Shown in pieces: positions 51,539 through 64,000 of a stretch of 64,000 nt of DNA (position 1 is the first letter of the stretch; each line of letters opens with the position of its first letter). The position numbers were made by a program, and so were the translations under genes. Source of the stretch: Octopus vulgaris (lineage: Eukaryota); NCBI GenBank assembly GCA_951406725.2, contig OX597822.1, positions 99,014,001-99,078,000 on the forward strand, given 5' to 3'. Under the pieces are notes generated by a model that had not been told where the DNA came from, ran no database searches, and saw only the letters and a program-made list of their open reading frames with translations.

Positions 51539-52849
51539 AATAATAATAATAATAATATGAGAGAATATTATTCCAAACTTACAGGGAAAAATTCAATTTA
51601 GAAATCATCATCATCATCATCATCATCATCGTTTAGCGTCCGTTTTCCATGCTAGCATGGGTTGGACGGTTCTACTGGGGTCTGTGAAGCCAGAAGGCTT
51701 CATCAGGCCCAGTCAAATCTGGCAGTGTTTCTACGGCTGGATGCCCTTCCTAACGCCAAATACTAAATCAAATTTCACAAAATATAATATATATATATAT
51801 AAATTAAAAAAAGACCACCTTTTATCAATTCAATATATATGATGGGCTTCTTACAGTTTCCATGTACTAAATCCACTCTCAAAGCTTTGGTCTGCCTGAG
51901 GCTAAAGCAGAAGACTCTTGCCAAAGATGCCATGCAGTGGGACTGAACCTGGAACCATGTGGTTGGAAAGCAAGCTTCTTACCACACAGCCATATACAAC
52001 GGGCTTCCACCTAGTTTCTGTCTAAGGCATTGGATGGTCTAAGGCTATAGTAGAAGACACTTGCCCAAAGTACTATGCAGAGAGATTGAACTCAAAACCA
52101 TGTAGCTGCAAATTTAGAAGTCAGGTGTAATTTATCCTAACCAGTCACAACTTCACCCGTGTGAAAGACAGATTTTCTCAATAAACAAATAATGTAAAGG
52201 ACGATTTTTTTCTCTAGTTAAGAAACAGTAGGAAAGATAGTGTTAATTTATATTTTTTCTTTTTTAAAGAAATAATGTGTAAGACATTTTTCCAGTGAAG
52301 AAACAAATTTAATCCATTAAAGTCTATAAGGTAACTAATTAGCTTAACTGCAAAGTAACTGAAGTGTCTATAGAGTCGAATGAATCTTCTTGAGTATAGA
52401 GGTGAGATAAAAATTTAAATCAGCCAAACTTTTGCTTACATGAATTGGTGGATATCAACAGAGGTACAATAGCTGCATCCTTTTTTAATTTTAGCACCAT
52501 TTGTAACAGAACATTCTAAACTGTCAGGACTGTTACACAAAAAGACTTACTGAGATATTTGACAAAAGCATTTACAAAATGTGTGTGTTTGTGTATCTAA
52601 CATCATAAAATAACCTAACCAGACCATTTCATAAGACATATATATACAGAGTGCTGTGAATAAATTGTTGTCTAAATCATACAAAAATGAAAATAACACT
52701 AACATCTCATTGTAACAGATATATATACCAAATTTACATAAAAATATCTTGAAATACTAAATTTATTTACTCTTTTATCTTATTTAAGAGTAAATATATT
52801 TACTGTTATTGAATGAGAATAAATTTATTCAATAAAATTGCCACTGCCT

Positions 52850-52978
52850 TCTTAGTAAGTAGGAAGGCAGACAAATCACAAATCTCTTCAGGTAGATGGC
52901 CCTGCCCAATCTGTAGAAAAGGTCAGATCAGATTGGAGCCAGGTGCAGCCTTCTGGCTTGCCAGTCCTCACTCAAACA
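52850..52978 (+). mobile_element. Internally deleted RTE fragment (Cys-motif segment fused to 3' UTR)
   Basis: LVSRKADKSQISSGRWPCPICRKG joined to cagatcagattggagccaggtgcagccttctggc. Confidence 0.65.
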
Positions 52979-52979
52979 A

Positions 52980-53392
52980 AAGTTCCTGTGCCTGTGAAAT
53001 CATGTATCCCTGCCGTAAGGCTTTATTTCCACACACACCAGCTTAATTTAATACGTCATTAGTCAAAAGACACCTGTTGTTATGTCCTGTTATTTGTATT
53101 TGTGTAACAGTCTCTGTTATTTTTCCGTCCTTGTTTTCGTATACATTTGCTGCTTTCTTCCAAGGAATCTAATACTCTTAGTTTAGTTTTTCCTTGGGGC
53201 TGGCCAGATTGGAGCAATCTTGAGTATAACCAGCTGAAATTGCAAAGATAATCTGCAACTCAACTGAGGAAAGAAAACTCCGAATGACCCGTCCTTCTTT
53301 TCTTTGTATCGTCTTCTTGTTTTGTTGTCCCTTTTTTGTATCAGTCTGGATGTTTTGCGTTCTTGTCCCATCTTATATATTTTATGTACATA
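52980..53392 (+). mobile_element. Probable PLE terminal remnant
   Basis: gctgg..ccagc-TGAAAT and CTGAGGA..GAA motifs; T-rich tail into (TA)n; layout like 13150 and 62510. Confidence 0.4.
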
Positions 53393-53393
53393 T

Positions 53394-53498
<105 letters not shown>

Positions 53499-53544
53499 TG
53501 TATGTATGTATGTATATATATATATATACATATATGTGTACATA

Positions 53545-54075
53545 TACAGAATGTTCAGGCTAAAATTTGACAGTTTGCATACCTCAAGCTACCATGGCTT
53601 CAAGATAGCTCCAGAACCTGGCGCATGTGTTCCTCACTGTGTCTCTAGGAAGATCTCTGGAAACCCTCTTGATCTTGGCCGCCAGTTGGTGTCTTTCTCA
53701 ACCATGGCTCACACATACTAATCCATGGAATTACAGTCAGAGGAATATAAAAAAAAAAAACAGAAATTGGGACTGGTGAAGTCATAGAAATTGTTCAACA
53801 GCCACTTCTGACTCTTTGTGGAGGTATGGCATGGAGCTGGAACTTGTTGCTACACAGAGGACCTTCCAACAGCAGCCTTCTCAAGCTAGGGTTTGACTAC
53901 AGTCTCCAGTTTCACATAGTCATTTGAATTGAGCCTAAAGCCCTGTTCAAAGATGTGGGGTGGCATGGCATCAGTTTCATTGGAAACATAACCAAAGACT
54001 TAGTTTTTTCATGATGTTCATGCCATGTTTTAAAAGCCATTGCAGTGTTCATAGAGAACTGAGTAGCACTCATGA
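53545..54075 (-). mobile_element. maT-like transposase C-terminal remnant
   Basis: Minus: [55 protein letters not shown]; TACAG terminus. Confidence 0.8.
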
Positions 54076-54428
54076 TGTCGGCTCATGATACCTGCCATGA
54101 AAAATGTCTTAGTTGAATGAATAGACCTCAGTACTTTTATTTAAAAGCCTGGAACTCATCCCATCAGTCTCTTATGCTGAGCCATTAAGTTACAGGGATA
54201 CAGGGATGTAAACACACCAAGAGTGGTTGTCAAGCGGTAGCAGAAGAACAAACTCACACACACACACGATGGTCTTCTTTCAGTTTCTGTTTACTACATC
54301 TACTCATAAGGCTTTGGGTGGCCCAGGACTAGCATAGAAGTCACTTACCTGAGATGCCAGGCAGTGGTACCGAACCCAGAATCATGTGGTTGGGTTACAA
54401 GTTTTTTTATCACGCAGCCACACCTGCA

Positions 54429-54474
<46 letters not shown>

Positions 54475-54490
54475 TGAATGTATATATATG

Positions 54491-54533
<43 letters not shown>

Positions 54534-55249
54534 ATGTATACATACATACATACCTACATACATGCATGCATACATACATACATACATACATACATACATA
54601 CATACATACATACATACATACATACATACATACATACATACATACATACCTACATACATGCATACATACATACATACATACATACATGCATACATACATA
54701 CATACATACCTACATACATGCATACATACATACATACATACATACATACATACATACATACATACATACATACATACATACATACATACATACATACATA
54801 CACACATACATATACATACACACATAAACAGCGGAAGCTGCTTATTATAATCACAGATAATAATACAAAGTGGTTATTGCTATCAATGTTAGCAAGTCAT
54901 AAATTCTTTATGGAAGATGAATTAATAAGCATCAGCTCATTAGGCTCAGAATTCTGGAGAAACTGCTACACAACCATTTTAATCAGAAAAGAGATCAAAA
55001 GGAAAGATACTGTTAGCTACAGAGATGTCGAAGCTGTATGTATAGTGATGGTAGTGGTGGTGGTGGTAGTGGTGTTGGTGGTAGTGGTGGTGGTGGTTGA
55101 GGTTGGGGTGGTGTTGGTGATGATGGTGGTGGCAGTGGTGGTTGTATCATATGTTGGTGCTGGGGAGTGGAGTTAATGAGGTGTTAATCCAATTCGTGTG
55201 GCTAATGCTAGCATTAAACAATATATGTATGTATGTGTGTGTGTGTGTG

Positions 55250-55295
<46 letters not shown>

Positions 55296-55359
55296 TAGAT
55301 ATACATATATACATATATATATAAATGTATCTATATATATATGTGTGTGTGTATGTATA

Positions 55360-55422
<63 letters not shown>

Positions 55423-55959
55423 ATATACACACGTACACACACATACATATGTACATACTCATTCACAGATATATGCACAGGGTGTTCCTGAAAATGTTTA
55501 AATGCAAAATCCCATCAAGGTAGGTCCTTATATTACGGTGGCAGTGTGGGGGTTCCTTATGTTGCTCGAAATAACCTCCACATCTTCAAAGTCCTCTTAA
55601 ATACTTGGCATTACAGATTGTCACAGGAAGTTCAAATAAATGGAATCAGTCACAATACCATCAAAAAAAGATTTTAAAAAAAAGGCTAGCCAGGTTGTTA
55701 GAATACCTGAATGTAGCGAGCCATAGGTAATCCTCTCTTGTAGACTTACAAATGGAAGGTGCAGTGTTTGTGTACTGCATAAAGGATTCTAAGATGTATA
55801 GAGAGCAATTGGGAAATACTGCATGCCAATCCAAATTCATGGGAGAACATTGCTCAAGACAAGTCTGCATTGAAGGAACCTAACACCGTAGGTTTGAAGG
55901 TATTTAAATCTTTCAAAACCCCTTATAGCATGCAACAAGTGATGGTTTCCCTAAGTTCT

Positions 55960-56369
55960 TTATTGCCCACAAGGGGCTAAAGATAGAGGGGACAAACAAG
56001 GACAGACAAAGGAATTAAGTCGATTTCATCGACCCCAGTGTGTTACTGGTACTTAATTTATCGATCCCGTTAGGATGAAAGGCAAAGTCAACCTCGGTGG
56101 AATTTGAACTCAGAACATAACGGCAGATGAAATACCTATTTCTTTACTACCCACAAGGGGCTAAACACAGAAGACACAAACAAGGACAGACAAACAGATT
56201 AAGTTGATTATATTGACCCCTGTGTGTAACTGGTACTTATTTAATCGACCCCAAAAGGATGAAAGGCAAAGTCGACCTCGGCGGAATTTGAACTCAGAAT
56301 GTAGCAGCAGACGAAATATGGCTAAGCATTTCGCCCAGCATGCTAACGTCTCTGCCAGCTCGCCACCTT
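55960..56369 (-). mobile_element. SINE family B, dimeric
   Basis: Reverse complement of the 10710-11105 architecture. Confidence 0.85.
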
Positions 56370-56798
56370 GGTTTCCCTAATGGTCCTTTAGAAAGAAAAG
56401 TAAAATTGATAGAATCAGAATAAAAAGGGAATCTCTCAAAGAAGCATGAAAGAGCTACTACACCATAACAATCATGAACACCACCATGTGGCCTGTGATA
56501 AATATGTCTCTACCAGAATAGGACTTCTTGGTCAGAGCAGGACACATCAATGACCAATTATTTCCAGAAAATGTGTGGAAAATATGCAAAGAAAGAACCT
56601 CTCAACCAAGCAAAATAAGGTCATCAGGAAAATGCTTTGTCTTATTTGTTTCAGCCTTTCAGATTCAGAGTTCAAATCCTGCATGTCCTTTGCATTTAGG
56701 GCTCATGTCTTGCTATTATATAGCATTACTGTTCGTATATATACATCATACAATCTTCTTTTCTCTCAGAGAGTGAGTGAGAGAGAGAGAGAGAGAGG

Positions 56799-56830
<32 letters not shown>

Positions 56831-57067
56831 TCTTTTGCAGCAAAAAGAATGTTCTCTGAACTTCCTCCATCCTATTCTTATTCAAGCAATTAGAGTACAT
56901 CCTCCTCGACTGCTAATTAGGCCACCTAGGTTGTACAAATTATCTGCTACTTCTAGAGAACCTCTGGAACATCAGTTTCTCATGTATCTGTAGTCTTTAT
57001 GACTCCTGTACATCTTTATGACTTCCACATACATTCTGTTAACCTTCCTACTATTCCTACTATTTCA

Positions 57068-57215
57068 CTGCTCCTTCTATGTCCATAGCTTGTACTGGGT
57101 ACACCTTTCCTATGTATCAAGCTGGACCATTTACCTAAGAGGTGTAGGGCCCTGTCTGATTTCTTGCTTATTAGGACCTTGGTCTTTGCTAAATTAACTT
57201 TAAGATCCTTTGATT
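57068..57215 (-). mobile_element. RTE RT fragment
   Basis: Minus: LKVNLAKTKVLISKKSDR..GKWS..RKGV, YKLWT. Confidence 0.65.
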
Positions 57216-57293
57216 ACAGGTTATGTTTCGTCATCTGGAATTTTTTTTTCTAGTTCTGTTACAGACTCTACTATGAGGGCAATATCATCAGTA

Positions 57294-57393
57294 TATCCAT
57301 TCCTGGATATCCACATAAAAATACAGAACTCCACAGTCACAACAGACATATTTTACAAAAAAACTGACACACACCAATATTTAAATTTCTACT
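57294..57393 (+). mobile_element. Penelope-like RT C-terminal fragment
   Basis: PFLDIHIKIQNSTVTTDIFYKKTDTHQYLNF, the typical PLE FLD..TD.Y.K.T...YL.F motif. Confidence 0.8.
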
Positions 57394-57400
57394 TTTGCCT

Positions 57401-57458
<58 letters not shown>

Positions 57459-57699
57459 GTTTCGATAACCACTTGCTTCTCCAACACTTCCCTCTCCTCC
57501 ACTACCACACCCTATATAAACTAGTTCACCCAGATTCTGCCACTTCATTTTAATAACTCCGCCAAAATATTACAAATCCAGATGTTCTTCTCTAATTTTG
57601 CTATTTCACGGTATGCCCTCCTACCCCCCCACCACCTGTACTTGAAGTCCCTATCCTCTGTCATCCTTTGGTTGTCTACCATGAACACTTCTAAAGGCT

Positions 57700-57972
57700 T
57701 AACGCCATCCCTACCCCTACTTAGGGTTTATCTCCTATGTAAGGTAGTGGTGATCATGAAGCGCATAAAAATGATGGTGTAGTGTATGCAGGTTGAAGGC
57801 TATTGTTTGTTTATGAATTCTGCCAAATGCAAGCTTTCTTTTCACGAACATGACACTGCTGTCCCCCCATCCAAGGGTCTCACAGGCCCATGCCTCCCAC
57901 ACTCCCAGGGTTGGCACACTCAATGTGGGCACACTGAAAGGTAGGTCTGGTGAGATTGCTGAGATGCTTGAA
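57700..57972 (+). mobile_element. RTE LINE 5' region with AP-endonuclease N-terminus
   Basis: RVGTLNVGTLKGRSGEIAEMLE at ~57907-57972. Confidence 0.7.
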
Positions 57973-58397
57973 AATTAATGTTGACCACAAACAAAATATC
58001 GTCTACAAAGAAGTTTTGTAATCATATTGATATTAAAATGTTGTGTCTGGGGAAAGTCATTTTCTTTTTGCACCTTATAATGTAACACACTCACCAGTAA
58101 AATTTCCACTTATTTCTTATTTTTATTTTCCTAAAATTTTCGTTGCGTCTTGCAACCTTTTCAATAGTCTGGAGTGAGTGTGATACATTATAAAGCACAA
58201 AAAGAAATTGACTCTCCCCAAACACAACAGAACATGCTTCAACACACAAACTCATATAAAGAATCTTGCAAACCAAATCCAAAAACGAAAGATATTAAAA
58301 TGCTTTTACACATTTTTCAATACATACTGCTGTTATGATTTCCCTCCCTCATTTTATGCCCCCATTATAGATGGGTAGATTTACTAGCATTTATAAT

Positions 58398-58579
58398 ATT
58401 AATAATAAAGAGTATGGAGATTAGTACATCCACAAAATTTATTTTATAGTTATATACAACATATTATAATGGTCATTATAACTATAAAATAACTATAAAA
58501 TAGACTATATAACTATATAACTATAAAATAGATTTTGTGGATGTACCAGTCTCCATATACTTTATTATTATTAATATTC
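58398..58579. repeat. Inverted repeat, ~55-bp arms
   Basis: tatggagattagtacatccacaaaatttattttatagttatata / tatataactataaaatagattttgtggatgtaccagtctccata. Confidence 0.85.
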
Positions 58580-59235
58580 TTTTCTACTCTAGGCACAAGG
58601 CCCAAAGTTTTTAGTGAGGGGGGCCAGTCGATCAGATCAACCTCAGTATGCAACTGGAACTTAATTTATCGACTCTGAAAGGATGAAAGGTGAAGGTGAC
58701 CTCAGCAGAATTTGAACTTAGAACGTAAAGACAGATGAAATATCTATTTCTTTACTACCCACAAGGGGCTAAACATAGAGGGGACAAACAAGGACATACA
58801 AACAGATTAAGTCGATTATATCGATCCCAGTGCGTAACTGGTACTTATTTAATCGATCCTGAAAGGATGAAAGGCAAAGTCGACCTCAGCGGAATTTAAA
58901 CTCAGAACGTAACGGCAGACGAAATACCGCTAAGCATTTTGCCTGACGTGCTAATGTTTCTGCCAGCTCACCACCTTATTATTATTATTATTATTATTAT
59001 TAATATTAATATAAGGTGGTGAGCTGGAAGAATGATTACTGCACTGGGCAAAATGCTAAGTGGTATTTCATCTGTCTTCACATTCTAAGTTCAAATTCTG
59101 CTGAGGTTGACTTTATCTTTCAGCCTTTCAGGGTCAATAAAATAAGTACAAGCTGTGTACTGGGGTCAGTGTTATCAACTATCTCCTCTCCTCCCCCAAA
59201 TTTCAGGCCTTGTGCCTATAGTAGAAAGGATTATT
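58580..59235. mobile_element. Two family B SINEs head-to-head (58580-58978 minus, 59013-59235 plus)
   Basis: ccagctcaccacctta-(TTA)n-taaggtggtgagctgg. Confidence 0.85.
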
Positions 59236-59449
59236 AATATCAATATGTACTCCAGACAATGTTTACCATCCAGCAAAAGGTACACAGAATTACCCATCAG
59301 AAGAATTCACGGAGTGACTAACAATTAAATGTAGACACAGACATTATATACTAATCTTTGTGGTCAGGTGTTAATTGGAACTTGACAAATGAGAGCTAAT
59401 GAGGTATCCACCTGTATAATACATCCCTCCAGATGCATTTTTATATTCT

Positions 59450-59783
59450 TTTATTCTTTTGCTCTTTTACTTCATTCAGTCATTTGACTGCAGCCATGCT
59501 GGAGCACTGCCTTAAATGGTTTTAGTCAGAGATTGACCCCAGGACTTACTCTTTGCGAGCCTCGTACTTATTTTATCGGTCTCTTTTGCTGAACTGCTAA
59601 GTTATGGGAACATAAACACACCAGCATCAGTTGTCAAGCGATAGCGGATGGGGGTGGGGAGAAACACACACACACATATATATACATATACAATGGGTTT
59701 CTTTCAGTTTCCGTCTGCCAAATCCACTCACAAGGCTTTGAAACCATGTAGTTGGGAAGCAAGCTTCTTATCATACAGCCACA
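59450..59783 (-). mobile_element. SINE family A with internal deletion
   Basis: Family A blocks in reverse orientation. Confidence 0.75.
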
Positions 59784-59790
59784 ATGGTGA

Positions 59791-59807
<17 letters not shown>

Positions 59808-59855
<48 letters not shown>

Positions 59856-60425
59856 CATATATATACATATATATATATACATATATATATACATATATAT
59901 ATATACATATATATATATACACATATATATATATACACATATATATATATACACACATATATATATATATACACATATATATACACATATATATATATGT
60001 ATATATATATATGTATATATGTATATATATATATATGTATATATATATGTATATATATATATGTATATATATATGTATATATATATGTATATAAATATAT
60101 GTATATATATATGTATATAAATATATGTATATATATATATGTATATATATATATGTATATATATGTATATATATATGTATATATATATGTATATATATAT
60201 ATGTATATATATATGTATATATATATGTATATATATATGTATATATATATGTATATATATATGTATATATATATATGTATATATATATGTATATATGTAT
60301 ATATATATATGTATATATATGTATATATATATGTATATATATATATGTATATATATATATGTATATATATATATGTATATATATATATGTATATATATAT
60401 GTATATATATATATATGTATGTATG

Positions 60426-60456
<31 letters not shown>

Positions 60457-60475
60457 GTATATATATATGTATATA

Positions 60476-60538
<63 letters not shown>
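59808..60538. repeat. Degenerate (TA)n array with CA then TG interruptions
   Basis: Direct inspection. Confidence 0.95.
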
Positions 60539-60543
<5 letters not shown>

Positions 60544-60659
60544 GCGGCGAGCTGGCAGAAATGTTAGCACGCTTGGCGACTTTGCCTTTCATCCTTTCGG
60601 GGTCGATAAATTAAGTACCAGTTACGGACTAGCCCCTTGTGGGTAATAAAGAAATATAT

Positions 60660-60690
<31 letters not shown>

Positions 60691-60719
60691 CATATACATA
60701 CATACATATACATACATAC

Positions 60720-60758
<39 letters not shown>

Positions 60759-61245
60759 CACATATATACATATATACATATGTATGTATATGTATGTAAC
60801 ATGGCTGGATGTATTTCTCGGGGCTATTGAATAGCTTCACTTTACCATACTCTATTAACAGAATATGGTTAATTAACCTATCACTGTAGTAGAAGACACT
60901 TCATACATATATATATCACTTCTTTTCTGGTGCATGAATCTTCTTCTTTATTCAAGCGTAACATTCTTTCAGTGTTGCACAGAACAAGCTATACACATCT
61001 GTTTCTAATTTCCGCCTGACAAATCCACTCACAAGGCTTTGGAACTATGTGGTTGGGAAGCAGGCTTCTTACCACACAGCCACAACAGTGCATACACACA
61101 CACACACACACCCACACATTTTAAACTAATGATTATTGTATTTTATTGTGTGTTGAAGTTTTATTTTTCTTGTCTTTCAGAAGAATTGTCTTATAGAAGC
61201 CAGCACTTGAGGCAGTGCTAGAAATATTTCAAAGCAAACACTTAC

Positions 61246-61431
61246 CAGCACATTACAGTCACTGTATTTCTTCACAAAAGCAGTGGAATAATTCAAATAT
61301 TTTTCTTTTTCATTCATTTTCAGGTGCAACAGTATGCCACGCATAACATTGCCAATACAAGGACATCTGCATTTAATTGGTGGGTTTTTTAACAAGTAAT
61401 ATTTATAAGCATGTTTTCCAACAAAGCAAAG
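61246..61431 (-). CDS. Possible exon of an unknown host gene
   Basis: Non-repetitive 186-nt open frame ending at CTG|gtaagt; weak acceptor cattag; product not recognised. Confidence 0.25.
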
Positions 61432-61764
61432 CTAATGTTTTTCCATAGAAAACAAACACCACCAATATGTTCCAAATATTCACACTATACACAACACAAT
61501 GTCACTGCTATAAATGCCATCTTCAAGACTGCCTTAAAAACATCAACATCAGTTTTAAATTCAACACATGTATTAAAAGTAAATGTAGAAAATAATCAAA
61601 TTTTGCTGTTGTTCATATTGATGACGACACTGCAGTTATTGTTTTCTCTCCCACGCTGCTCCCTCCACTTTTCTATGTATGTATGTATGTATGTATGTAT
61701 ATATAGGAGAGTATTGTAGTACACTTGAAGCATTGTGTATCGGGTATGTATTGTTTGAATGGTC

Positions 61765-61799
<35 letters not shown>

Positions 61800-62442
61800 A
61801 TATATATGTATATATATATATATATATATACACACACATATATATATACATATATATACACATATATATACATACATATATATATATATGTATATATATA
61901 TATGCGTATATATATATATGTGTGTGTGTGTGTGTATATATATATATGTGTATATCTATACACACACACATAGACACATACAGACATACACACACACCCA
62001 CACACACATACACAAACACCATTCAAACGTGGTTGATGCTAGTACCACCAGACCAACCTTCATGCCAGTGGCACGTAAAAAGCACCCACTACACTCTCGG
62101 AGTGGTTGGCATTAGGAAGGACATCCAGCTGTAGAAACATTGTCAGATCAGATTGAAGCCTGGTACAGCCTTCTGGCTTGCCAGTCCTCAGTCAAACAGT
62201 CCCATTCATGCCAGTATGGAAAGTGGACATTAACGAACAACAATACATATATATTTATATATATATATATACATACACATATATAGACATATATACATAC
62301 CCTGCTGGTAATTTTAGTTATATCCGTTAAGTACTATTTCAATGATGTGAAAACTGATACCATGAGTTTACTTTCACATATACTCATTAGGTTAATTTTT
62401 GTATTGTCTGAAATAGAATACCTGCATATCGATTAATCCCCA

Positions 62443-62495
<53 letters not shown>

Positions 62496-62509
62496 ATATA
62501 AATAATATA

Positions 62510-62845
62510 TAAATATATGCATATATACATACATATACGTACATGCCTACATCTATATGTATATATACATGCATATGTGGGTACAGGACATCAAAAAAAT
62601 GTTGAACACAATGAGTAACAAAAACACAAAAACAAAAACATGGAAACGAACATTTTTTCAAACAATGAAAAAACAGAGTACAAGACATACAACACAAAGA
62701 ATATTCCCCTTCTTCAGTCGTTCCTGTTTCATCTACTCCACGTTTCAAAGGTAAGGACAAGACGTAACTTCATTGAAACAGTCCTTCCCGCAAAGCAAAT
62801 TAAATAAAATTTGGGATTTTTTGCAGAGGGGTACAAGTGGTAATA
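62510..62845 (-). mobile_element. Probable PLE terminal remnant (13.2-kb family)
   Basis: ccccttcttcag...actccacgtttcaaaggtaaggacaagacg is homologous to 13347-13415; (TA)n flanks. Confidence 0.5.
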
Positions 62846-63359
62846 TATATATATATATCATCAGTTAATGTCTACTTTTCCATACTTGCATGGGTCAGAC
62901 AAAATTTATTGAGGCAGATTTAGTAGAAGACACTTGCCCAAGGTACCACAGAAAGGGACTGAACCCTGAGCCATGTGGTTGGGAAGCAAGCTTCTCACCT
63001 CACAGCCATGTCTGCACCTATAAAGAGTTTGCATTCTGGTGGAAAGCAATCCATATATTCTTTTATTCTTTTACTTGTTTCAATCATTTGGCCATGGCTG
63101 ACCCCAGGACTTATTTCTTAAGTCTAGTGCTTATACTGTCAGTCTCTTTTTCTAAACTGGTAAGTTTGTAAAACGGTTGTTAAACGGTGATGGGAGAACA
63201 AATACAGACACAACAGCAACACAATATGCTTCTTTCAGTTTCCATCTACTCATAAGACTTTGGTTGGCCTAAGGCTATAATAGAAGACACTTTGCCAAGG
63301 TACCATGCGGTGAGACTGAACCTGGAACCATATGGTTGGGAAGCAAATTTGATTTTTGT

Positions 63360-63930
63360 AATGGTGTTGACTATTTTTGATTTAGTTTTGGATTTAGAAA
63401 CTCTTATCAAGTATTTTTCTTTTGTTTTTCATAGTTAATCATCTTCATTTACTTTGGGGAGGAAAAAAAAATGGAAATATTTTGAATTTTCTATTTGCTC
63501 AAATGTAGAGGTTCATCATGTAAAACATTTCTAAGAGATGAATCTTTAATTTGTTGTTTGAGTATCCTCATATGGGGAATTAATAAGAATTAAATGGTGA
63601 ATGTAATGAGAATTACATTGGCCAAACAGGCCAGTGTGACTCTTATTGTATAGTGGGCAGGTGATGCAGTAAGATGATATTTTATGTCTTGCAATTTATG
63701 TTTGCATTAACCCTCAACTCTTTCTCATTCTCGAATCTTTTAGTTGTTTCCTATTCACTTATTTTGCACATTCCTCAAAGAAGCTCTCCACAATTTGTTA
63801 GCTGCATTGTTTCTTTTGATGTGAATTTTACCTTTGTTGGGAGTCTTTTGAGATTCAGAGGTTGTTTTTGGGTGTTGACAACTTGTGATTCTTTAATTAT
63901 TTTCAGAGATTTGACAACTGATATAAAATT
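63360..63930 (-). mobile_element. Decayed Penelope-like GIY-YIG region
   Basis: Minus QKQPLNLKRLPTKVKF, ANINCKT; 63370-63570 homologous to 42520-42720. Confidence 0.7.
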
Positions 63931-64000
63931 GAAACACACACACACACACACACACATTGAGAGTATATTTTATCATTATATTCTACTTCTAATTTTTTTT

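Noticed and set aside
59728-60646. ~280-aa YI-rich ORFs
   Set aside because: (TA)n array
61177-61220. Plus-strand acceptor ttgtctttcag|AAG as an exon start
   Set aside because: Early stops in two frames and no convincing donor or recognisable peptide
63560-63720. Enhancer-like unique sequence
   Set aside because: Lies within the Penelope GIY-YIG remnant

Overview
AT-rich, repeat-saturated animal intronic/intergenic DNA. The SINE families and microsatellite style strongly suggest an octopus (coleoid cephalopod) genome; this is recognition, not a database result. No intact host protein-coding gene is evident, and nearly all ORF-track entries are microsatellite or SINE artefacts. The window contains: many tRNA-derived SINEs; decayed R4/Dong-clade LINEs in (TAA)n tracts; RTE LINE fragments; maT-type Tc1/mariner remnants; two non-autonomous Helitrons; TTAA-flanked and pogo/Tc2-like MITEs; and Penelope-like element (PLE) RT/GIY-YIG remnants. 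The most notable signal is a dispersed set of type I hammerhead-ribozyme (HHR) motifs with palindromic stem III, mostly in short inserts next to (TA)n. It includes one fully canonical copy (34900-35006, minus) and core variants that co-vary at the 3-8 pair (C3-G8, G3-C8, U3-A8). Several of these inserts are long fold-back palindromes, with arms up to ~360 bp. Also present: a U2 snRNA fragment inside a TTAA-bounded element, a 5S rRNA pseudogene, and one weak exon candidate. All alignments and folds were done by eye.
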